NCBI GenBank assembly: GCA_964549185.1 | Contig: CAZJUI010000002.1 | Location: 28,409-92,408, forward strand | From: Candidatus Woesearchaeota archaeon | Lineage (GTDB): Archaea; Nanobdellota; Nanobdellia; SCGC-AAA011-G17; JAGVZF01 | Direction: 5' to 3' | Length of the DNA stretch: 64,000 nt | Translations under genes and position numbers: made by a program | Shown: positions 38,362-47,778 of the stretch, piece after piece | Position numbering within the stretch: the first letter of the stretch is position 1 | Layout of the letters: the number at the start of each line of letters is the position of its first letter | Notes under the pieces: generated by a model | Database searches by the model: none | Seen by the model: the letters and a program-made list of their open reading frames with translations, nothing else | What the model was told of the DNA's origin: nothing

Positions 38362-39672
38362 ATGAAAAAAAGAGCTGCACTAATGCTAATAGTAGCAACT
38401 ATGCTTGCAATCGAATTAGCTGCTGCTTTAACAATAGATGTAAATTCAGATAAAGAACTTTATTCTTATCAAGAATTTGTAAAAATTAACTCTTTAATTG
38501 TGATTCAATATCCCGACACACAACTTCCAATAACAAATTTTACAGTTAAAATTAATGGTCCAGTAAAAGATGAATGCACATTTTTAATGAATGGATATAA
38601 TTCCTGTCCATCATTTACAATAATTCCAATAACAACATCATCGGCCTATGGTTTTGATAACTCCTCCGTTATATTTGATGGAAAACTTTACGATTTCAAC
38701 GAATCATTTGGATATGGTTATAATGAATCTTCATCAGAATTCAAATATGATATTATATGGAATTCAACAAATTCCCCATTAGGAAGGTATGTAGCAATAT
38801 TCTATGTTAACACAGGAAATGAGATTAAGCCATTATTCTCAGAATTTAATTCATTTAAGATTGCAAATTTTAATCTTCCTGAAATAACAATAATCTCCCC
38901 AAATAAAACTATTTATGGAAAAAGGCAAGTTCCAATAATAATTAAATCAAATAAATTACTAGAGAAAATAGAAATATCCGATAATAATAAACTATTTCAA
39001 AGATTATGTAATAGATGTTCTTCTTTTTCTAGACCAATGAGTTTTAATGATGGATATCATAAAATTATTGTAAAAGGAACAGATGAATTTAATAATGTTG
39101 ATCAAGAAGAATTTTCATTTAAGGTAATATCAAAACCTCCAATAATATTTTCATTTAACCCAAAAAAGACAACTAATGGAAAGTTTGAAATATCTTATTC
39201 AGAAGAAAATCTTAGAGATACAATATTTTACTATCGTTCTTTATCATCTGGTGTATTTGATTCTGTTTCGATCGGTTTCATAAATCAAAGTTGCCCATCT
39301 GGAATGAAGAAAAAGTGTTCATTCTTAATTAATGTAACCGATTTTCCCTCTCCTTTTGAATATTTTATAGTTCTATCAAACGAAGCTTTATCATCATCCA
39401 CAAAACTAACTAAAGTTTATATCGATAATAATATTCCTGAAATAACATTAAACTATCAACAACAGGACAAAAAACTAAATTTAGATATTCAATTAACAGA
39501 AAAAGCTAGATTAACATATTCCATTGATAATGGTCTTCCAAGGGTCATATGTAATAATTGTAATCATGCTACTAAACTTCTTTTCCTTAATTATGGAAAA
39601 CACAGTATTGTCATAAATTCTATCGATGGAACAGGCAATTCAGATTCAGAAATAATAGAAATCACAATATGA
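38362..39672 (+). CDS. Secreted multi-Ig protein with GY motif and Cys pairs
   Basis: Signal peptide; N-domain paralogous to 36106 (P.T...K..GP...C, FGYGY, PLG.Y, NTG..IKP.F); LCxxC repeats. Confidence 0.8.
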   Translation: MKKRAALMLIVATMLAIELAAALTIDVNSDKELYSYQEFVKINSLIVIQYPDTQLPITNFTVKINGPVKDECTFLMNGYNSCPSFTIIPITTSSAYGFDNSSVIFDGKLYDFNESFGYGYNESSSEFKYDIIWNSTNSPLGRYVAIFYVNTGNEIKPLFSEFNSFKIANFNLPEITIISPNKTIYGKRQVPIIIKSNKLLEKIEISDNNKLFQRLCNRCSSFSRPMSFNDGYHKIIVKGTDEFNNVDQEEFSFKVISKPPIIFSFNPKKTTNGKFEISYSEENLRDTIFYYRSLSSGVFDSVSIGFINQSCPSGMKKKCSFLINVTDFPSPFEYFIVLSNEALSSSTKLTKVYIDNNIPEITLNYQQQDKKLNLDIQLTEKARLTYSIDNGLPRVICNNCNHATKLLFLNYGKHSIVINSIDGTGNSDSEIIEITI

Positions 39673-39796
39673 TAACTATAACATATTAATTACCGATTAT
39701 ATTTTATATCATAATAATGTTTATATATAAACTAGCTCACATATTCATTTACTAAAGGTAGTTAAAACAAATAACCACTATCAAAGGGGGATTTTA

Positions 39797-40537
39797 ATGA
39801 GTAAAAAGATAAGTTTGATTTTTGTAACATTACTTCTATTAATTATTCCTTTAGCATTTGCAATAACAGGCTCAGTAGGTAGCGGAAAAATTTATTTAAA
39901 AGAAGAAATATCTCCTAATCAGCCTACAGAAATTCAAAAAACTTTAAGGGTAATCAATAACAATGATTTTCCTGTTACGATTACCATAAGTGTAGTAGAA
40001 GACTTAACAGATATAACTGAAATAATAGATAATGATTTTGTTCTTAAAGCGAATGAAGAAAAAGATGCTCGTTATGCTTTTATCTTAAAACGTCCCGGAA
40101 CTTATAGCGGTAAAATTCTTACAATGTTTAAACCCGAAGAAGGTAATGGTATTGCCCTAGCAACCGAAGTTCAAGTTATTGCATATGGAGAAGGAGATTT
40201 CCCACCTCCCGAAGAGAATAACCAAGAAGATGATACACCTACTGATAACAATGCAGATCAAAATGATAATAATGATCCCGAAACTGATGATAATACAGAT
40301 GATTCACAACAAAACCAGGATACAACAACAGACCAGACACCACCTTCAACAACTCCATCTAAAACAAATATAAAAACAGATAATATTCAACCAACTACAC
40401 CAACAGGAAAAACAACTAAAACAACTAAAACAAAACCAAACCCATTCTATGGCACATTTCTAATCTTAGTGATAGTAGTACTTGGATTGATGATATATTT
40501 CCTATTAACAAAAAACTCAGGGAGCAATAAAAAATGA
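39797..40537 (+). CDS. Surface protein: Ig-like domain, acidic/Thr-rich stalk, C-terminal TM
   Basis: Signal peptide, D/N/T/P linker, hydrophobic C-terminal anchor. Confidence 0.85.
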   Translation: MSKKISLIFVTLLLLIIPLAFAITGSVGSGKIYLKEEISPNQPTEIQKTLRVINNNDFPVTITISVVEDLTDITEIIDNDFVLKANEEKDARYAFILKRPGTYSGKILTMFKPEEGNGIALATEVQVIAYGEGDFPPPEENNQEDDTPTDNNADQNDNNDPETDDNTDDSQQNQDTTTDQTPPSTTPSKTNIKTDNIQPTTPTGKTTKTTKTKPNPFYGTFLILVIVVLGLMIYFLLTKNSGSNKK

Positions 40538-43500
40538 ATAAAAAAATAATTCCATTAATATTAATAACAATCATATTTGCATACACAACATTAGCTACAG
40601 ATATAGGTTATGTTGTTAGGGATAATAACTATGTTGATAGTAAGATAACTTCTATGTTTGATCAAATGTCATTAACTTATGAAGTTATTTTATCAAATAA
40701 TATTCCATCAACAAATTTTTTACAATATAAAGCAATAGTAATTAATGATAATATTCTTAACAATGCAGATCAATTACCAGTAAATACTGTTCCAGTAGTT
40801 TCACTTAATACAAAACATCCAAAATTATGGGGATGGACATTTAATGGAGTTTCATCAATAGTCAACTCCCAACCTTTAGACATAAAAAACATCGCCCAAG
40901 ATAGTCCAATAATGAAAGATCAATTTACATTTATTCAAGTTTATACACAATGTTGTTTTGATTCTTCTCCAAACAACCCATCAAGTGGTCATCAAGGAAT
41001 TCCAGCATACTATTTACTAAGATCAAATATAAGGAAGGTTCCATGGACAATAATTGGTTCAACTGTAGTAAATAATAATGATGCAGTAATTGGTGCAGCT
41101 GAAAAAGGAACACCATTCCTTAACGGACAAACAGCCCAGCAAAGAATAGTCTTCTTCGGAATAACAAAAACACAGTATTGGACATTACAAACAGAAGAAT
41201 TATTTAAGAATTCAATTACCTGGGTTATTGCCGGAAGTCTACCTCCAGAATTTAACGGTCCCATTCCAGATATTGAAATAGAAAAAAATGTAGAAAAATT
41301 AAATGCATATAATCTTAATGATTACTTTAGTTCACCTCATGGAGCAACATTAACTTATACGCACACTCAAGCTCCAAATATAGATATAACAATAGATGAA
41401 AATGGTATAGTTTCACTAAAACCAAGGAAAAAATTTGTTGGAATCCAAAAAGTAACATTTACAGCATCAGATGGAATTAAATCAACAGATAGTAATGAAG
41501 TTACAATAACAGTTCTTGATATTAATCACAAACCATCATTATCTAATTTGACAGATATGACAGTAGCAGCAGGAACTTTAATAAAATTAAAAGCTCTAGC
41601 TACAGATATTGACGATGATCCATTATCATTCACATTCTCAGCTCCATTTAATAGTAATGGGGAATGGCAAACAACAATAGCAGATCTTGGAATAAAACAA
41701 GTTACCGTAACTGTTACAGATTCTTTCGGATTATCAGATACAAAAACAGTTCAAATTACAATAGTTCCTAAAGTTGTTATTAATGAATTCGTTTCTAATC
41801 CAAGCACAGGAGACGAAGAATGGATTGAATTGTTTAATCCAAATGATATCTCTGTAACATTGTCGGGATTTAAACTTCAAGATGGTACAACCACCAAATT
41901 CTCTTTATCTGGCACAATACCACCAAAAGGATTTTTAGTTGTAAGCCCTACATTTACGTTAAACAATGATGGAGATATAATTCAACTAAAATCATTAGAT
42001 GATTCAGTAATAGATAAAGTAACTTATGGAGACTTTGACGATGGAAATTTACAAGATAATGCATTAAATCCAGGAAAAGGAAAATCATCTGGACGTTTAC
42101 CAGATGGATTTGACACAGATAATGACAAAAATGATTTCCATATATTTGATTTTCCAACAAAAGGAATTTCAAATTCAGCAGATGTAAGACCTCCAACAGT
42201 AAATTTACTTTCACCGACTTCAGGAGCAGTATTAAGAACAAGAAACATAGATTTTACATTTTCAGTTTCAGATAATAATGCTCAACAAATTAGTTGCACA
42301 TTATTTACCGATATATCGGGAATATTTGTTTCATCATCAACAAAAACAGTAGGAAATGGCCAAACAAGTTCATTTAATATACAGGAGATTGCAAATGGGG
42401 ATTATAGATGGAATGTAAAATGTTCAGATGGAAATAATGAAGCATTTGCTCGAGAAGATTTCACATTTACAATGGATGCTCCATTTGCTCCAGTTTTACA
42501 ACCAATTTTAGATATCACAGTTAATGAAAATGATTTGGTTACAGTCACAGCAATAGCATCTGATCAAACTCCAGGAGATACCATAATATATTCAATATCA
42601 GATTCAAGATTTACACAAATAGGTCCCGGAATTTTCCAATGGCAGACCGACTTTTCATCATCTGGAGTACATATTGTGACAGTAATAGCAGAGGATACAG
42701 AAGGCTTATCAGATTCAGAAACATTTAAGGTTATAGTAAACAACATAAACAGAGCCCCAGTATTTAACGGTCCAGTTTCAGATATTATAATTGATGAAGA
42801 CACAACAACCCAAGTTTCATTAGCAACTTATTTCGATGATTTAGACAACGATGCACTAACATTCACTTCAATATCTCCAGTAACAGCGATAATATCGATA
42901 TCACCAGCAGGACTTGCAACAATAAGCCCAGCAACAGATTTTAATGGAATTGTGAAGATAAAGTTTAAAGCATCTGATGGTCCATCATTTGTTGAATCTA
43001 ACGAAATTACTTTAACAATTAATCCAGTTAATGATGCTCCAAAACTATTGACAAATATTCCAGATGTTAGCTGGCCCCAAGACACTTCATTGACAGATAA
43101 TGTTGATCTTAACACATATTTCATAGATGTAGATTCATCATTAATAACATACATAGTTTCTGGAAATAACAGAATAACAGTAACAATAAGTCCTGAAGGA
43201 AAAGTTTCATTTTCTCCAATTGGACATTTCAATGGACAAGAAACAATAACATTTACAGCATCTGATTCATTATTATCAACAAATTCAAATCCAGTCAATT
43301 TAATTGTTACAAGGCAAAATATTGCTCCGGTAATAGATCCAATTCCAGATCAGACAATGCCTGAAGATGCTACAATAGGTCCAGAAGTAACTCTTTCTGC
43401 TTCTGATGAAGATGGAACAATATCAAAATTTGAGGTTGCAAAACAAGATGAATCTAAAGTTAGATGTATTATCTCAGATAAAAGATTAACATTTATTCCA

Positions 43501-45633
43501 GGAAAAGATTTCAATGGATTAGCAACATGCGATATTCAAGTTGTAGATGATGAAAATGCAGCAACTTTAACAACAGTTAAAATAAATGTAACTCCAGTTA
43601 ATGATGCTCCTGAAATAAAAGATTACTCTCCAAAGAGAGATCCAAAAATAACAGAGAATGGAAAACAATTATTTTCAGTAGATGTTAATGATATTGACAG
43701 TCCAGAAGCAGATATCTTAGTTAGATGGACTGTCGATGATAATTTTGTTGCCTTAGGAAAAACATTCACATTCAATTCACCTGGGGAAGGAACTTACAAG
43801 ATTAAAGTAACAGTTTCAGATGGTGAATTTACAGTATTCAGAGAATGGAAATTAATCTCATCAAGAATTCCAATAGCAGACTCATTTGATGGAAACACAA
43901 CAGATTTCAGTAATCTAACAGATGAACAATTAAAAAATATGAATTGTTTAATCCTAGAAAAAACACAATATGGTAAAATAGATTTCTGCGGAAGAGCAGT
44001 TATTGACATGAGAGATGTTGTTGACCTAGATTCATTTGTAACAATATCTAAAGGATTAATTGGAATAGATACAGTTGAACTTCTTGCATTCAAGGGAAAA
44101 GCAGCCCAGCTTTCAATGTACAATCTAGAATCAACAAAGACACCTTTAATTTTCTTCAACGATCCATATACCTTAGATTTATCAAAGATAACAACTTCTT
44201 GTCCCCGGGATAGATGTAAGAATGTCAACTTCAATCCATTAACAAAAAAATTAGTATTTGATTTAAGCAAATTTTCAATATACAAAGCATCTGATCAAAC
44301 TCAATTAACCTGTTCACAGCAAAATGGATTTTCCTGTTCATCCCAAGATCAATGTTCAGGTAATTTGCTTCCAAGCTCAGACTCAGCATTCTGCTGCTCA
44401 GCAAAATGTTCGTTGGGAAACGAAACAAGTTTAGACAGATGTGAAGAAGGAATTAAAGGAAACTTAGAAATTACAATAAAAGAACCTGATGCAAATGATG
44501 ATTTTTCTCCAGGAGAAACAATTCCATTAAATGTAAAAATAAAAAATAACAATAACGAGAAAAAAGATTTAATTGTTCAAGCAACATTATTTGATGAAAC
44601 AGAAGATGATGAACTTGATAAAGTTGAATCAGATTCATTTTCAGTAAGAAAATCAGATTCTAGAGATGTTGAACTTCCATTAAAAGTTCCAAGCTTCGAC
44701 CTAGATGAAGACAATGATTACTCAATATTTGTAAAAGTATTTGAAGAAAGTGATGAAGAGCTTCAATGTAATGAAGATATAATAAATGTAGACATAAAAT
44801 TAAAGAAACATAATGTTGTTATTAATAGATTTGATCTAGCTCCATTAGATGTTCAATGCGGAGATGTAGTCTCAGCAATAGTTGATGTACACAACATTGG
44901 AACAAGTGATGAAGACGATATTCAGGTTATTTTATCAAATAAAGATTTAGATTTATTAGCAAAGACAGACATATTTGAACTTCAAAGAATAGGAGATGAT
45001 GATTCAAAATCTCTAGAAAGATTTACATTTAAAATTCCAGATAAAGTAAAAGGTACATTTTTAATAGACGCTACAGTATTCTCTGGTGGAAATGAGGACA
45101 CAGTTACGAAAGAGTTGATAATAGATTGCAATATTCCTTACATTGATTTAGTATTATTGCAGGAAATATTGGATGCAAAACCAGGATCTTCGATATCAAT
45201 TCCAGTTTCAATAGCTAATACAGGAACTGATCCTATTACAATTAGCCTAGAATCAGATCCATTAGCTTCCTGGTTAAGCAAGGACTCTGTTTCAATTAGT
45301 TTGCAACCTTCCGAAACAACAACAACTTCATTAACAATCCACATTGCAGATGAGGCTCCAGCAGGAACATACCCATTATCAATAAAAACAAGAGTAAACG
45401 GAGCAACAACAACCCAACAAACACAAACAATTAATATTGCTCCATCAGATACAAAATATGTTCCAGTATATTCAGAGGGAAACACAAAAACAAGATCAGG
45501 AAATTTGAAATTATCAAGAATTCCAACAATAATACCAGAAGCAAATTCACCAATTGCAGTAATATTCTTGATAATAGCAAACATATTGCTTTTAATCTTG
45601 ATTATTGTTATATTGAAAAGATTGATGGATTAA
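40534..45633 (+). CDS. Large surface protein with cadherin-like repeats, lamin-tail domain, S-layer-like/CARDB domains and C-terminal TM
   Basis: Repeated VNDAP / DxDxDxLTF motifs; VVINEF..NP...EWIELFNP...LNNDGD (LTD); C-terminal region paralogous to 47779-49710. Confidence 0.88.
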   Translation: MNKKIIPLILITIIFAYTTLATDIGYVVRDNNYVDSKITSMFDQMSLTYEVILSNNIPSTNFLQYKAIVINDNILNNADQLPVNTVPVVSLNTKHPKLWGWTFNGVSSIVNSQPLDIKNIAQDSPIMKDQFTFIQVYTQCCFDSSPNNPSSGHQGIPAYYLLRSNIRKVPWTIIGSTVVNNNDAVIGAAEKGTPFLNGQTAQQRIVFFGITKTQYWTLQTEELFKNSITWVIAGSLPPEFNGPIPDIEIEKNVEKLNAYNLNDYFSSPHGATLTYTHTQAPNIDITIDENGIVSLKPRKKFVGIQKVTFTASDGIKSTDSNEVTITVLDINHKPSLSNLTDMTVAAGTLIKLKALATDIDDDPLSFTFSAPFNSNGEWQTTIADLGIKQVTVTVTDSFGLSDTKTVQITIVPKVVINEFVSNPSTGDEEWIELFNPNDISVTLSGFKLQDGTTTKFSLSGTIPPKGFLVVSPTFTLNNDGDIIQLKSLDDSVIDKVTYGDFDDGNLQDNALNPGKGKSSGRLPDGFDTDNDKNDFHIFDFPTKGISNSADVRPPTVNLLSPTSGAVLRTRNIDFTFSVSDNNAQQISCTLFTDISGIFVSSSTKTVGNGQTSSFNIQEIANGDYRWNVKCSDGNNEAFAREDFTFTMDAPFAPVLQPILDITVNENDLVTVTAIASDQTPGDTIIYSISDSRFTQIGPGIFQWQTDFSSSGVHIVTVIAEDTEGLSDSETFKVIVNNINRAPVFNGPVSDIIIDEDTTTQVSLATYFDDLDNDALTFTSISPVTAIISISPAGLATISPATDFNGIVKIKFKASDGPSFVESNEITLTINPVNDAPKLLTNIPDVSWPQDTSLTDNVDLNTYFIDVDSSLITYIVSGNNRITVTISPEGKVSFSPIGHFNGQETITFTASDSLLSTNSNPVNLIVTRQNIAPVIDPIPDQTMPEDATIGPEVTLSASDEDGTISKFEVAKQDESKVRCIISDKRLTFIPGKDFNGLATCDIQVVDDENAATLTTVKINVTPVNDAPEIKDYSPKRDPKITENGKQLFSVDVNDIDSPEADILVRWTVDDNFVALGKTFTFNSPGEGTYKIKVTVSDGEFTVFREWKLISSRIPIADSFDGNTTDFSNLTDEQLKNMNCLILEKTQYGKIDFCGRAVIDMRDVVDLDSFVTISKGLIGIDTVELLAFKGKAAQLSMYNLESTKTPLIFFNDPYTLDLSKITTSCPRDRCKNVNFNPLTKKLVFDLSKFSIYKASDQTQLTCSQQNGFSCSSQDQCSGNLLPSSDSAFCCSAKCSLGNETSLDRCEEGIKGNLEITIKEPDANDDFSPGETIPLNVKIKNNNNEKKDLIVQATLFDETEDDELDKVESDSFSVRKSDSRDVELPLKVPSFDLDEDNDYSIFVKVFEESDEELQCNEDIINVDIKLKKHNVVINRFDLAPLDVQCGDVVSAIVDVHNIGTSDEDDIQVILSNKDLDLLAKTDIFELQRIGDDDSKSLERFTFKIPDKVKGTFLIDATVFSGGNEDTVTKELIIDCNIPYIDLVLLQEILDAKPGSSISIPVSIANTGTDPITISLESDPLASWLSKDSVSISLQPSETTTTSLTIHIADEAPAGTYPLSIKTRVNGATTTQQTQTINIAPSDTKYVPVYSEGNTKTRSGNLKLSRIPTIIPEANSPIAVIFLIIANILLLILIIVILKRLMD

Positions 45634-45679
45634 ATTTTTCTTTTAATTAAATTTATATATTTATCTATTATAACCCATT

Positions 45680-46057
45680 ATGATGATTGTTGCTAGTCTA
45701 GAAAATTACGTATTGGAAAAACCTTTAGAATGTTTTGTAGAAGCGGAAATTGAAAGGGAAGAATTAAACAAGCCAGGAATATTATTAATTTATTCTTCTA
45801 AGGATCCAGGTATTTTACAGGTATTCTTTATGAATCATAATCCACAAGATAGATCTGCTATTTATTATCAAAAAACAGATTATCATAATAATCCCTTATC
45901 TTGGGGGTTTATTATATATAAAAATCAAGATATTGGGCCTGTAGAAAAAATTCTTACAGTCAGAAATAAAAAACCATTTATCGGTTATATCGGACATGAA
46001 GATGATGAATATGCTGTTGCAAAAATAAGAGATAAACCAAGATTAAGATATAGTTAA
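45680..46057 (+). CDS. Hypothetical protein (candidate immunity gene beside the mini-Rhs)
   Basis: 125-aa soluble ORF; the role is inferred from position only. Confidence 0.7.
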   Translation: MMIVASLENYVLEKPLECFVEAEIEREELNKPGILLIYSSKDPGILQVFFMNHNPQDRSAIYYQKTDYHNNPLSWGFIIYKNQDIGPVEKILTVRNKKPFIGYIGHEDDEYAVAKIRDKPRLRYS

Positions 46058-46089
46058 GTTTATAAATTTATAAACAGGATATTTATTTT

Positions 46090-47628
46090 ATGCAAAAAGA
46101 GGTTATCGGTGTATTTTTAGTAGCTATTTTATTAGTTCCATTTTCTCAAGCTCAATTAAATTCTATTGAAATTGAAGATGTAAATGTTAATGATAATTCT
46201 ATACAAGTTTTAATACAAAATAATTTTAACCAGGATTTTAATAAGATAACTTTTATTATTAATAGTCAATATACGATAATTCAAGATAATGAATTAAAAG
46301 CTCTAGAAACTAAATTCTTTGTTGTTAACTATCCAGGTGGAATTAAATTAGAAACAATAAAAGTTATTGTTGGAGATCAATCAGCTGATTATGTATTTAC
46401 AGGAAACGAAGATATGTTTGTTGTTAATCAAGAGATAAGTTCAACTACATCAACAACTGAAAGTAATTCACCTATAAGTTATATTTATTCTAATCAAAGA
46501 TTAGCTAAGCTTCAAGATAACAATGTTGTTTATTATCATTCAGATAATATTGGAAGTACAAGTTTACAAACAGATGTCAATAGCAACATTAAATTTAAAG
46601 CTAACTATCTTCCATTTGGTAAAGAGCTAAGTTTTTCATCTATAAATGAACAAAGATATGGATTTACAGGAAAAGAGCTTGATACAGAAAGTTCATTAAA
46701 TTACTTCAATGCACGTTATTACATTCCATCAAATGGAAAGTTTATTTCTAATGATCCCATCTTTAAACCAACTGAAGGCGGTTATCAGTATGTTAGTAAC
46801 AATCCTTTGACAATTACTGATCCTAGTGGGAAACAAGCTTCGGCCGATGCTACTTACACAGATATAGGTTATCCATCTGGAGATTATAAATCATTACAAG
46901 TTCATATACATCAACAATCTTTTGAATCCTATTTGGCAACATTAGAATATGAAAAAACAACCAAAAAGGTAGATATGATTCAAAAATTAACACTTACTGC
47001 AATGGGCGCTGACGTGGTTTTAGCATTTGGTGGAGCTCCTTTTTCAAATTCTGCTCCTACAAGCGCAGCTAGACCCAGGAGGATCACACCCAGACTTCCA
47101 CCAAGAATGAGGCAAGAAATGTCTAGTGAACCAATTCCAGAATCAATTGATCGTAAAAGAGAACCACCAGCCATTAAAAAATTAATAGAAATAGGATTTT
47201 TTAAACCACCATCACCTAAACCATCACTCGGAGCAATTCATTCAGGAATAATGCAATCATTAAATGCAGGAGAATCAGTTAATCTAGTTATAGTAAAATA
47301 TCCTGGAAAAGAAAATGTGGGTATAATTCCTGGAAATTCGCACCTGGGAATATTTCGAGATCAAGTGCAAACTCAATTTAAGGATAATGATGTAATATCG
47401 ATAGGAATTCAACTAACAAAAACAGAAAAAGGCGTTTATCTTCAAATAAGACATAGAGGAAACAGTGACAATGGAGAACCTTTACGAATAGCAAATGCAG
47501 CCCTTCGTACTATATCTAGTTCAAACCAAGGTGAGTTAGGAAAACCAGGAACGCCTTATAATTTTTATACAAAAATAGATGAAAAATCTCATGGCGAATG
47601 GGATGGAACAACATTCGAAATAAAATAA
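46090..47628 (+). CDS. Secreted RHS repeat-associated core protein with variable C-terminal (putative toxin) domain
   Basis: Signal peptide; YYHSDNIGS, YLPFG, FTGKELD, YFNARYY, GKFISNDP, Y.YV.NNP....DPSG. Confidence 0.88.
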   Translation: MQKEVIGVFLVAILLVPFSQAQLNSIEIEDVNVNDNSIQVLIQNNFNQDFNKITFIINSQYTIIQDNELKALETKFFVVNYPGGIKLETIKVIVGDQSADYVFTGNEDMFVVNQEISSTTSTTESNSPISYIYSNQRLAKLQDNNVVYYHSDNIGSTSLQTDVNSNIKFKANYLPFGKELSFSSINEQRYGFTGKELDTESSLNYFNARYYIPSNGKFISNDPIFKPTEGGYQYVSNNPLTITDPSGKQASADATYTDIGYPSGDYKSLQVHIHQQSFESYLATLEYEKTTKKVDMIQKLTLTAMGADVVLAFGGAPFSNSAPTSAARPRRITPRLPPRMRQEMSSEPIPESIDRKREPPAIKKLIEIGFFKPPSPKPSLGAIHSGIMQSLNAGESVNLVIVKYPGKENVGIIPGNSHLGIFRDQVQTQFKDNDVISIGIQLTKTEKGVYLQIRHRGNSDNGEPLRIANAALRTISSSNQGELGKPGTPYNFYTKIDEKSHGEWDGTTFEIK

Positions 47629-47778
47629 TAATACTTTTTGACATACTTAAACAACCACCAAAACACATCCTTTCTAACACTATTATCCCAATAATATCAA
47701 TCAAAACCTTTATATATTAGTTATAACTTTAGAATGGTAATTATCTATCATAGTAATAACAAATCGGGGGTTTTAAAA

